Positions 38,480-51,030 of a DNA stretch of 64,000 bases are shown in pieces (the first letter of the stretch is position 1; each line of letters begins with the position of its first letter). The position numbers and the translations under genes were made by a program. The notes below the pieces were generated by a model that saw only the letters and a program-made list of their open reading frames with translations, ran no database searches and had not been told where the DNA came from. The DNA comes from Dipteris shenzhenensis (Eukaryota): assembly GCA_047967505.1 (NCBI GenBank), contig CM106538.1; one strand, given 5' to 3'.

Positions 38480-39318
38480 TGCTATCGCCTGTGAATGCAA
38501 GGCCCGGGACAGGAGTCCTCTATACCCGGAACGGAACGTAGTGTAGAATCCGCGGCATCACACATAAATTTATTCAGAAACGAGCTTTGGGAAGGTCTCA
38601 GAAAATTGAAGGGCACTACGACTCTTACCTGACTGGACCCAGTCGGGCACCATGTATATGTGTTCAGGATCAATCAACTGCTTTCGCATTAAGCTGTCCC
38701 AACAATATTCAATCAACTGCAAAATTATCTTGGGCTCGAACAGCTTTGCAAATTTGCAAAAATCGGAATGGATGTAAGTAGATAAGTACCTGACTTGCAA
38801 GAACGTACCTGACTTGCAAGAACGAGGACCAGAGCCACAAGTAATCATCAAATCCTGATAACGTTCACCATTTCAACAACAAGAGTCCCTCCATAACCAA
38901 ATGCAGTGCCTCAACGACAACCACATATTCCTCGACACTCTAAGGTCCTGGATCTAGGGAAATCACCTTTCTAGGAATGGGACCAGTAATTTGGGAAGAG
39001 CATATGCCCATAGGAGTGGCCACGCCAATCGTACTGTCCATACAGGGAGGGTTAGATAACCAGTAGTTGCTGCTGTCACGGCAACTTGATGAGGCATCTG
39101 TTAGTGAAAAGGCGTCTTTTCCCACCTCGCGAGCTTTCCCAAGTGCAACCATCTTGACATCTATCACCAGTTTTCCCGAGTGCAATCATCTCGACGTCTA
39201 TCTCCATGACAACCCTTGGAAGACCAGGTCAAATATCTAAAGGCATCTGAAGGAGCCTGAGTCTAGATGCGTCACAAACTCTGATGTTTTTGAAAGCACG
39301 TATGATGATAAGGGGGGG

Positions 39319-39365
<47 letters not shown>

Positions 39366-39510
39366 AGTGGCACCTTGCAATGGATGAGGGGACAGGGGCA
39401 TAATAGCGAGGGTGGAACCTGTGGAGAACGTGCACGTCTCTTCCGACTGCTTTGTCCTGCCCAACCCCAAGTCAGAGATGTGAGGCGAACTTTACCTTTC
39501 AAAAGGTCCA
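38480..39510 (-). pseudogene. Degenerate partial duplicate of the 5' part of the OPT gene
   Basis: Collinear similarity to 34600-35830, e.g. ctcagaaaattgaagggcact, caggatcaatcaactgctttcgcattaagc, cctccataaccaaatgca, ctgtccatacagggag, aatcatctcgacgt. Many deletions; introns retained. Confidence 0.9.
39321..39362. repeat. (GA)n microsatellite
   Basis: Direct reading. Confidence 0.95.
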
Positions 39511-40071
39511 GATCGAAACTTGCAAATGAACCTGAGAAGACACACACTAATGGACAAAACAAGTTGAATACATTCAAAAGGCAAGGGGTAGAGAGAAAGG
39601 GGAAGAAAAAATGGGGACCAAAATAGCAAAAAATCCACATCATTTTCCCTTTCTTAAAGAGAAACACCTTTACTAAAGCCTTCCCTCCGCAGGGCACGCC
39701 AACAAAACAAGGTGAATCCCATTCACTAGGCCTGCCCGAAATAAAAAGACGACCAAAAAGCATGAAAATTTAAGGAAAACCGAATTTTCCCTTTCGCAAG
39801 GGGGCTAATAAGGCTCTCCTAAAACAACGGCCACTACTATGGATTGTTGTTGCTATTTATAAAACTAGCAATGCATGACCAACCATGCTCATAATCTATT
39901 TTTCAAAAACTGGTTTCTATTCATATGAACCATTGAATAAGACATTATTTATGCAGCACGGGAGCACTGGCTTTGGTTTGTGAGCTGCGTGGGTCTCTAG
40001 ACACATGGAAGACTTATTAGGACCTGTAGTTCCAATCAAATTGATTAGGGCACAAAGTTTTTTGTTAAAGG

Positions 40072-40955
40072 CTAGTAAAACCGGTGCTTTATATAAAAAA
40101 AAGAAAATCCAAGTATTAGAAGGTAATTGGGAGCTATTTTGCTTTGAACATTGGCAACTGCACTGGGAATTGGTTTGCGGATGTAGACGGGGTCATGATC
40201 AAACCAGTATGCTTGCGTTGTTCCAAAGAAACTACTCGTCAAAGTTGCGTTTGTCCAAATGTGGTCAATTTGAGACCCATAAATTGTTGTGGAGCTTTTG
40301 CTCACTAATAGCAGGTGATTTTCTTCCATGAGATTTTGTAGTTGTAGTTGCTTTTGAGAAGGTTGTAGCATCTTAATGTTGAAATCCCCTAGCACAAAAG
40401 TTGGATAGAGCGATCACCTTTGGTGTAACACACGTGCGATTTGTTCTAGGAAACCTCAGAGGCTGCATGCTTTGATATGATATATTGCCACTATAAACAT
40501 CACTTGCCTCGGTCGAAAGTGAGCCATGATCATTTCTAGGATGGGCATTGTAAACACTTCGTGTGAAACCAAAGAAAGCATGCATTTGTACAGAAGTGAT
40601 GTACCCATTCCTGCAAATGCTCTAATAGTATCAAATGATGTTGCATTGATATAGTGTTTTGGGTTTACGATTCTGGTTTCATTAAGGCAAAGCACGTCAG
40701 AGGCTTGGATGCTATTGTCTGCGTTAATATCCTCAAAATGCAATTGTAAAGAGCGAGTATTTTAGGTTTGTATAATGGTATGTGTTCGGCTCCAGTTTTT
40801 GAGACAAGGGATGCGAAGCTGCAGTTGTAAGGAGTCTTCCCATTTCAGCGGTCACAGTTATATCCACATGGAAATGTTTGCTATCTAAGGGTTGAGGAGG
40901 TAAAAGTTTTCTTTAGAACGTACTCTTGAGAGTGTTGTATATGTGATGCCATGTT
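40072..40955 (-). mobile_element. Helitron/Helentron 3' coding fragment: Pif1-helicase tail followed by EEP (AP-type) endonuclease
   Basis: HGITYTTLSRVRSKEN (helicase motif VI-like), then LHFEDI..DVLCLNETR..IVAIY..LGDFN..TT..GSQIDHIWTN..FDHDPVYI. Frameshifted. Confidence 0.8.
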
Positions 40956-43098
40956 GTGTGTGACCTAAGTGATGATGTAAGCCAAAGGCCCCCACATGGG
41001 AGGTTCCTTTGATTTAGGACAGTCCCACTGATGTAGGGGCTGATTGCCACTGATGTAGGGAAGGTGCCACCTTTTCCCCTTTCTATAAGAGAGAGTCACC
41101 TCTCTCACAATCTATAGTGAACAACATTTTGGTTACATCTTGTGCTCTCACTCCTCTTCCAAGATGCATCCATTCTATCCCACATGATTCTACATTTGGT
41201 ATCAAAGCTTTAGGTTATAGATCTAGCTTAGCCTAGCATTAGATGCTCTCTCTAGCATGAACTACTAGATTACAAAGATTCCTCATCATCTCCATTTTTC
41301 TCTTTCCTTCCAAAATTTTGTGTGAGCTTGTTCTCTACCTACAAGCAACCATTCTTCAAGCCCTTTGTGTTGTAGAACCATCTCTGTAGGGCGCCCCTTC
41401 AGCTCGAAGCTTGTCGCGAAATTGCGCCTCCATCGCCTGTGCCAATAAGAATATAGTCCATCGATGTATCATGTAATGCTGCCTCTTTGGTTACTCATTT
41501 GTAAATTCCTCTGAGCTCGAGTTGGGCGACACTACAAGCAAGCTGCTGATGAAGTCTGAGCCCGTTTGGTCAAGTATTGGAGGAGCAATAGACAAAAGAC
41601 CAGTCGACTTTACTAAGCTTGGCTATGGTGACCTGGCGCAACATTGTGCCTCTTCTTGCTGGTAGCCCTGGTCTGGTATACGAGTGTTATTTTGCATAAA
41701 AATCCCCTTGAATAGAGCTATGAGCTATGCGAATTGCACCTTCCAATCTACCTTGGTCTCTGTTGACAGAATTCTGCATATTTTGGTCAAAGGGTGTTGA
41801 GCAATCACCATAAGTATGGGGCTTCTATTATTTATTGCAAACTTTCATTGTTTTGCTTGTACTTGAGTAGTAGAACTCAGTCATGGAGCTCATAAGTGTC
41901 CTTATACTTTGCATTTAGAATGATGACTATGTGATTCTCTTTGATGAGTACTTGAATTATAAACATGACTAAGCCCAAGCAAGTAGAAAAGTTTGATGGA
42001 ACTAGTTTCATACTTGGCAAACAAAAGCTAAGTTTATGCTTATGAAAAAGGGGATATGGAATGTTGTGAATGGAAAGGAAAAAGAAGAAGCTAATTGGTT
42101 GATCAAAGATAAGAAGGCTCTTGCTATCATTGCTTTGGGATTAAGTGACTCATACATTCACCACATTGATGGCTTTGAAACTTCACATGAAGCTTGGGAT
42201 CATCTTCTCATAGTATTTGGTGCACAAGGGAAATACTTCAAATATATCTTGCTTATTAAGTTCCTTTGGCTACAATTGGAAAAGGGAATGAGTTATTCCA
42301 TGAAGAACAACAACTCCAAAGAGAATCAAGCATTTCTTGTGAAGAAGGGCTACTTCAACAACAAAGCAAATCTGGCTGAAGGAAGGACTCCATCAGCAAA
42401 TGAAGAATCAAACTTTGAAGATAAAGACTCTGCTTTTTGAGCACTTTGTCTTTTTTTTTATCATCACTTGGTCAAATTTTGAGGTTCTCTGCCTGGAGTA
42501 GTACTCCAAAAAGAATGTCATATGTTTTGTCTTTTGTAAATCACCTCTGGTCACCATATGATGTAGACCATGTGATATGTGTTTTGTCTATCCCATTTTT
42601 GTGAACCTCACACCCTTGGGAACCCTTGCTAGCATGAGATCCTAGTGGCCATAGATTTATCCTTGACCACCATGAGATGGCATCAGAAACTATGAGACTA
42701 GATGTATCCTTCACATTGCAAGAGGCAACCCCTTTGAGGGGGGGTATGTTGGGATCAGTGTGATCAAGGGCTTGCTCTATGGTGCATGTGTGCATCTAGG
42801 GGAGTCACATGTGTGTTTGTATGTGTTGTAGAGGCACATCAAGTGCTATGATTTGTCTAGTGTGTGACCTAAGTGATGATGTAAGCCAAAGGCCCCCACA
42901 TGGGAGGTTCCTTTGATTTAGGCCAGTCCCACTAATGTAGGGCCTGATTGCCACTGATGTAGGGAAGGTGCCACCTTCTCCCCTTTCTATAAGAGAGAGT
43001 CACCTCTCTCACAATCTATAGTGAACAACATTTTGGTTACATCTTGTGCTCTCACTCCTCTTCCAAGATGCATCTATTCTATCCCACGTGATTTTACA
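40956..43098 (+). mobile_element. Small non-autonomous copia element (gag remnant only); 5' LTR truncated
   Basis: Near-identical LTR sequence at 40956-41194 and within 42747-43098. PBS tggtatcaaagc at 41197. PPT tgagggggggta at ~42735. gag EKFDG..KGIWNVV..KALAIIALGLSD..AWDHL. Confidence 0.9.
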
Positions 43099-44283
43099 AA
43101 AACCAGACCCAACTTAGATGTACTCTTGAACTAGGCCCATCGACATTCATTGTGATGTTTATAAGTAGAGAGAGCAATTGGTCAGCATTGTTGGATGGAC
43201 TAAGGGAGTTGCAGTCAGGGTCATTGTTTGCTTCCGTGTAGCCATTTTTGGTGAGGTTCAGGGACTTTTCTATATCTTGCATGACCCATAACTTATGCAT
43301 TGCTCAATGGAATTCAGCAAACTTTGTCTTCAAGTTGTTGTACACATTCCAAACTTGAACATGAGAGAAAAAAATTATGTAATAAGTATTTGGAAGAAAA
43401 CCGTTAAAGCATAACAAGTGCTATGTTGCATGTGAAGCATGCATCTTGAAGACTATAGGATATAGGAATTTATTCAAAAACATCAAAATTTTATTCTATA
43501 TATACATGCAACCAGGTAATCATTCTAAAGTACACTATGTGAGCTTCTCCTCAACCCAAGGACACACCTAAATGAAATCATTATGCATGGGTTAATGGGC
43601 CTCCAATGTTGTGCTAAAGTGATGCATACCCATTTGAGGGCACGCTCCATAACTTTCTTTTGATTTGTTGAAAACCAAAACGGATTGAAAATTTGGAATC
43701 CAAACTATTGGGACTAGTACATGGTGGTCTTGAAACATTGATAGTTGTTGGCATTGGTATCTAGATTTAGCATAAAATGGAAGAAGTTGGAAAAGTGCAA
43801 TTTGTGCATGTGCAAATATATTTTAATAAAACCAACACTATTTACAATTTTGAATTGTTTCTTTTCCATGCACTTGCTTACTAAATGGCTCATAAGCATG
43901 CCAAAGGTCATTGCATTTAATAATACATAGCATCAAACCTGATATCATGCCCTTTGGCCTATTTGTATTTTAAAGAATTTTAGGCCACATTGCACTTGTT
44001 TGGGATATCCAAGTCTACTGACGTGTATCATCGAAGGGGAAAAAATCGACAGTTGAAATTTTGCTACTTCTGTGAATTTTGAATTTTCACACCTCCCGTC
44101 CATCAAATCTTGGAAGATTAAGTACTCGCAACCTGCCCCCGCCCTACAAATGCCCCGCAACCTCGATGTGACCTTGCACAGACTTTGGTTTGCCATTGTC
44201 TTCTTTCAGGTAAGTTGTCTTCTATTCTTTGCTTGCCTTACCAACTAGCTTCTCTGGGTCTATTTTGGATTGATCGCGGCCAT

Positions 44284-45130
44284 GGCGTCAATGGTAACAT
44301 GCACCTCGCCATGGCTTGCAAGAGAAGCAGACAGAGGCTATGAGACAGGAAAGCCGAAAAACCAGGTCAAGGCATAAGGAATAGAGTGTGGGTCGAGGAA
44401 AGCACTGGCACGATATTGAATCAACAACAAAAGACACTTTTGCAACATCTGCAAAGGGAGAAAAAACGAGAAGAAAGAAGACTCCTTGCAGAGCAGCAAC
44501 AACAAGAAGCGGTTGCAAATACACACATTCAATCATTGCTATCGGAGCAAAGAACACAAGCTGTGGTGTCATGATTGGTGGGAGCATTCGAGGCAACAAC
44601 ATCAAGCCATTCAGGTGATAACCAATCTCAAGTCTTAATAAGCTTTAGCTTGCACCCTAAAGTGCATAGAGTAACAACCCTACCAACACCTCAGGAGATG
44701 CATGCCCAAGAGGCGATGCTCTCTAACATGAGAAATGACCTACAGAAAGTGAAAGGGGTGCATAGCTTAGATCAAGTAGCTCTACAAAGAGGGCGATATT
44801 ACCTATGTTGGTGTTCCCTGAAACAAACGAAAAATGGCTTGGGCACACGATGTCGAAGATGTTGTCTATCAAAAGGACCAATGTGGCTCCAGCGGTTGAA
44901 TGTATCTGAGCAAAAGCAATGCACGATCATCCCGATTTGAGAAGTCTATGGGCTTCAATTGAACATAAGAAAAGGAGAGATAGCCTAAGTGCGGAAGTCA
45001 TTGCTACAGTGACAATGTTTTGGCACAAAAATACAAGAGTTTCTCCAAATAGAAAGGACATCTGTAATAAGCAGACGGGACGCAAGGTTATTCAAGAGCA
45101 CATCATACACATGCTAGATACAACATAGGT
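44284..45130 (+). pseudogene. Degenerate DNA-transposon ORF N-terminus (possibly Sola2-like)
   Basis: VTMFWHKNTRVSPNRKDIC resembles the V..F....SR..P..KD motif of Sola2-type transposases. No catalytic core seen. Confidence 0.4.
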
Positions 45131-47289
45131 CAGTCATGCCTAAACTAGCTCGGTGGTTATTTGTGATTGAGCTTTGGGATAATTTACTTGTTTTATAAAC
45201 CAGGCTTGGACCAAATGTGATTATCCTAAACCAGCCCGGTGGTTGGAACATCATGCAACCATAGGCTAGTTCAGCTCAATCGCCAATTATGTGATTGTCC
45301 TAAACCAGCGTCGCTATCTCTAATCTTTTTGCCTTTAAGGCTCTCAGCAATTGTCGAGTTTTTATAAATGTAAGATCCTCTATTTAATTTTCTCTTGGTA
45401 TAAGTTGATAATTTTTATATAACCTGTTATTGGACATAGATGTACATTGTAATCTCTTTTTCTCAATTTTCACTCGATAAATTATACTTTTGCCCTCATT
45501 TATATTTACTACAACAAGGACTAAAATACGAGAAAAGAAGGCCTACAATTTCCTTGGTTTATGACCGAAATAGCACTAAAATAACTCCAACGACCCCACC
45601 ATTGTGGTTGCATGGAGACACATCTAGGAAAATACAATTAAACTTTCAAAAAATGCAATTGATGATAGTCCCCTCTACGGGCAAGGGCCATATCAATGTG
45701 CATTATACAATATCCAGGATGCCACTGGCATGTCGATATGGCCCTATTGACGTGCATTATACGATATCCAGGATGCCACTAAACAGAAATGGCATGTCGA
45801 TATGGCCCTTGAGGGGTCTCGATATGGCCCTTGCTCCTAGAGGGGACCCCTCAAGGGCCATATCATCAATTGCATAACGGAATATATTTTTCTTGTTACA
45901 CAAATATATACCTCAAAGAACTAGCACGGTGGCTTTCATAGATCTCCTTTTGTTGCCAGTGTGATTCTTGGCGATGATAGGTCATCAGGCTCGAGACTGC
46001 ACTGAGGTGGTCTCTCCAAAATTGATAGATTGCATCTCATCATTATGACAAAAATCAGCGTGGTGGTCGCTCCAAGCCAACATATGATTTGCATGGGCTG
46101 TGGGCAAAGATGCAAAGCAAAAGGTTGCACGATGACAGATGTCAGAGAGACTACACTACGACAGTGTTCCGAATGATAGATTACATCTAATTATTATGCC
46201 AAGAACTAGCACGGTGGTCTCTCCAAGCCAACCAATGATTTGCATGGGTGCGTGCCTAGTGACAGGTGGCAAAGCTGTGATAAAAGGCTACGTGATTATA
46301 AGTGATCAGGCGGTGTAGGTCAGAGACTGCACTATGCTTGCGCTAGGCAAAGTAGTGTAGAGATGCCATGTGTGGAGCTATGCGGTATTCTGAACTAATA
46401 GATTGCATCTCAGTGCGGGTCCACACAAAATTCAAATATTCACCTAGAAGCGCATTGTGTCGCGGCCCCAAAATGGCCTTGAAAATAGTTTCGCAATTAG
46501 CTACACCCAAGCAAACATTGACCCATACCCTCAACCAAATGGCGCATGGTCAGACATGTCACATTGCTATGCAATTGGTTGGTTACTTGTTAAAATAGCC
46601 AACTTCCTTGTGGGCTACAGGTCTGCATTGTCAAGTGATCAATTATACCTAGGGCATGTAATAAAGATATTGTGGGATTGTAAACTCCAATTGTGCTAGA
46701 ATGAGCCCCAGGAATGGATGACAATGGACTTTTTGCTAACCAAACTACATGCACACAATGTTGATGAACATGATGCAATGTGACCAATCGTCGATGACAT
46801 GAAAACTTATCTATAAAATGTGCAATTTTGACATCTCATCCTATCTCAATTTACAAGGTAGATAGCTTAGTGTTCACAGAATGATGTTGCTAGTTGGCTT
46901 GCAAACATTGTTCGTTTATTAGTCTTGTACTTTTTAAATATTCCTAAATCATATTTTGCACTGTTTTGAAATCGATGTTGGAGAACATATGGTTTGATAT
47001 TTCTAGGAAACAATCTTTTACAATTGTATGAGAAGCAAATGTTGGAATGTATGTATGTCTCATGTCCTAAACTTGTATCTTTGCTATTAGGATTCCATGA
47101 TCATAGTTCACCAAAACAATGGCATCATCATCAAGAACACCCTCTCGACCATCCATACAGGTCGAGTACCAAGCACAAGATGAATGCACACTCTATAGTC
47201 AAGCGATGAACTTCATCATGGATGTGGGGCTGACACTATCATGGAACGGCAGCCCAGGAGAGAGCAAACAAAGGCAATTGCCATTTCTA

Positions 47290-47600
47290 GTCCTTTCCAT
47301 AACGCTGAAGGCATGAAGTGGGAAAATGTAAAGGCCCTCGTCTCGAATGACAATGTAGTGGTTGTATGGTATCCAAGCATAGAGTCTGTTGACCATGGAC
47401 GATGGCCCATTTTGTGGTGTCATAACCAAGCCATCAAAGAGAATGCATCCATCATTTGGGAGATGGTTTTCACAAAGAAATGTCACTTTGATATTCCCCT
47501 TTACTTTGCAAAGATGCTATACGCAAAGTTTGTGCTTGGTTGTGAGTCGACTTTACCTCAAATGCTCGAGTACACGAGCAACCACATGTGACAAGAGCCA
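47290..47600 (+). other. Protein-like ORF remnant of unknown, probably transposon-associated, function
   Basis: MKWENVKAL..GRWPILWC..IWEMVF..IPLYFAKMLYAKFVLG looks globular, but no family was recognised. Confidence 0.3.
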
Positions 47601-48309
47601 GACTTATGGTAGTTGATGAACCTCCAGCACGCGTCAACAATCCAGTGTCAGGTGACTATAATATTTAAATATCATGTCAACTTTTTGCTTCGGATTTTTT
47701 GGGAGAACTCCACCCCAACATCAACTGATAAGTTTGTATGTAACCTTATTAGACGTGCCTTGCCTACCTTATGAATACTCTAAAGGTGAGAAGTGCATGT
47801 GCAGTGTGCAACACTCGTGTGGCACGTGAATTGTATGACATGCTCGGCATCGGCACAACGTACTCTCCTGATTCAAGGCTACGTAGAATTTAAATGATCA
47901 GGAGAGAAATTTTTAAAATACAATTTGACATATAATATTAAACCATTTTTTGGCATGTATAATCAATTTACAATAATTGTATTAAAGGTTTGTTTCAATG
48001 GTGTATTGTAATAATATTTGTTTTGTTTTCAATTCTGGTTAAATTGTTTTATGATGGTATATTGAATCAATTCTCATAAAGTGTAACACTTTGTTTTAGT
48101 AGTAGTCCCACAATGCCGATCATCCTTGCCATCCTGATGCTCATCGCCTGCATGGTGCTAGGAGTCACCATTGTCTGCGGATGCTTTGTGGTTTTGTATT
48201 GCCATGGCCTACACATTTTACTGGGGGCTCAAAGCACCCACCAGCCTCCACCCATTGCCACACGAGCCCCCATGTGAAAAGCTTCTATATATTTCATTTT
48301 GGCATGCAA

Positions 48310-48470
48310 CACCCATTTTGTATGGATATTGCCATTTGTTGGCTTATTTTTTTGTAGGGCCTATTTTGTATGGATATTGCCATCTATTGGATATTGTATG
48401 GATATTGCCATCTACTGGCTTATTTTTTTGGTGGGCCCATTTTGTATGGATATTGCTGGGCCCATTTTTT
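48310..48470. repeat. Tandem ccattttgtatggatattgc repeats
   Basis: Four TGTATGGATATTGC cores. Confidence 0.85.
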
Positions 48471-48999
48471 GTAACAGTAATGTTTCTGAACAGTGGAGAA
48501 GCAAACTCCAAGAAACGAATACAAACAGCTTGTAACTTGAAATGTATAACAATATGTTGATGCTTATTATAACAACATGTTTGTCAAATTATTATTGTGA
48601 AAAGGTTGAAGTGCTTCACGTCAAATTGTCATACTTTGGAGTGAAATTGTAAATAATGCAATGATATTATCACACTTCATGCAACATGTGCAATTGACGT
48701 AACTAACATAGATGTTTAAATAATTCAATGCTATAGCATGAGTGGTATTATGTCAAATTATTATTTTGCAATTGTTGAAGTCATTAACGTGGATGCATTG
48801 GGATATGGCTTGCACAATTGTCATAACTCATACTATGAAGTGGAATTGTAAATAATGCAATGCTATTATCACACAATTTATGAAACATGTTGCAAAATTA
48901 GTTTCACCATACGCAACGTACAAATTGTAGACTTTTGTCAATTAAATTAAAGATCTACAATGCTCTCTCCCTTAACATCATCCAAAACTCTACCATTTG

Positions 49000-51030
49000 C
49001 ATAAACATATACTAATTTCTCTGCTCTTTTTGTCTTCAAGCGATTTCTTGTGATTGAATGTACAAACTTGTAATTACTCCAATTTCGTTCACTCGATGAA
49101 TTGTTGCAAGGCTAGGATATCACTTTCAAAGCCAATGTTTGCAAATGAGGTGTCGATGCTCCACACTCTTCCCACCATCTACATGCAGGCATCTCCTTTG
49201 CAAGGTCTTGTATTCTTGTATATGCAAACAACCCTTCCCTATTTTAAAAAGTGGATATTAATTTCCTGACAGTGGCAGCATATTCAGATGTATCCTCAAA
49301 AAATCATCCTAAGAGATTATGCCAAGATTGGATTATGTGTTCCAATGTTTCCGGGTGATACTCCAATCATTGAGGATCTAAAATATGACCAGCATAGTGA
49401 AGGACATTGTGAGCATGACTCCATCACTTTCAAAACATCTTTTGCAAAGTGGCACAATGACCAGCGCTGTAGCCCAATGCCATCACTTGTGGATCTTCTA
49501 TTTTCCTTTAGCAGTTCACCAAGCCATGTAAGCACTAGCCAAACTTGGATCTTTCATGTCTAGTTTTCAAATGCCAAACCTTACCGACCTCATTGCATTG
49601 GCCACATCAACTATTCTCTTCCAAAAGCTAGCATTGTGAGCGATTTGCTTCATCTCTATGAATTTGCTCTAGGAGTTTTGTGAAGTTGACTCAACGGCGT
49701 CATTGCATTGGCCACATCAACTATTCTCTTCCAAAAGCCAGCATTGTGAGTGATTTGCTTCATCTCTATGAATTTGTTATAGACGTTTTGTGAAGTTGAC
49801 TCAACTATCCCTCGTTAGCTTCTACACTAAATAATGTCTTGGTTACAACTCCTTGTAGCTTGAGCAAACGGTCCAACATTATATAGTTTGTTCCAAAATG
49901 TGTTTCGCCAGGTTTCAAAAACTATAGTGGATGTTCAGTAGCTTGGTGGTTTTTGAATATGCCCAACAATCTCTCGTGGTTGAGGAAGTACAAAGCCAAT
50001 CTTCATCCTTCATCTACAGTGGCTTTGAACCATAGGGTCTCTCTTGATTTATACCAATCCTTAAGCACAAGGTCAAGGCAATGGCAAGAGCACGACGATG
50101 CCCAATTGGTTGGAAATTTTTGATTTATAGCTTTTCAAATTTCCTATAGTTCTTTGCATTGTCGGTGATTATCTGAACAACATTACGCTCCCCAACATCG
50201 AAAATTACAGCCTCCAATTGTTCAGCAATGTATTCACCTATCTTGGCATTACCACTTGTGTTAATGGATTGATGAAAAGCCTCTCCCTTAAAGGTCACGA
50301 CCATGATATTGATCAGAGGCCTCTTGGTGACATTTTTCCATCCATTACTAACAATGGTGTATCCTGTTCTCTCAATACCATTGTATACTACTTACTCCAT
50401 CTCTTGTTTCATCCTCTCATAGTATGCATCCAAGTAGTTGTTGTGAACAACATTGTAACTTGGACCCGCCCTTGCTACAGAAGCCATGGCTGTTTTCCAA
50501 TGTGGATATTGAACCATGCTTAGTGGGTAGATGGTGCAACAAATCGCCTCAAAAACTTCTTGTTGCGATTTCTCTAAATGTTTTTGTTTAAAGACTTTTC
50601 CAAAGATCTTTGTTTGCGGACATGCATGCGATTGTGAACGAGACACGTCGCTACCTTGTCCACTCTCCATATACTTTATAGAGCAGCTTGTGGTTATGTC
50701 AACGAGGCCACACCACTACTTTGAGGTGGCACATCTACAACTTGGCTAGCTTGAGGTGTGAGTATATCATTAGGCATAGATTCATATTTACCTAGTTGTC
50801 TGTACTTTTAGGAATTTGTCCACCTGGAGTGACTATAACAACTCCTGGCCCCTTGCATTTTCCAATTTGTTTGTTGCTATCACCCAAGAAGTGCTTTTTC
50901 ATTCTTATGCTAGAGCCTGAGTACTCCTCATGACAAAAGTTGCATTCCCACTTCTTATTAGGCAACATCATAATGTAATCGCGAGCCTTTGTTGGGTTTC
51001 TTCCTTGTTTTTCTAGAGCCATGCTTGCAA
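49000..51030 (-). mobile_element. Degenerate hAT transposase (BED finger plus DUF659 region)
   Basis: WECNFCHEEYSGSSIRMKKHFLG; YPHWKT..ARAGPSY; IITDNAKNY; CSCHCLDL; PGETHFGTNYIMLDRL. Includes an internal ~110 bp tandem duplication at ~49588-49806. Confidence 0.85.
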
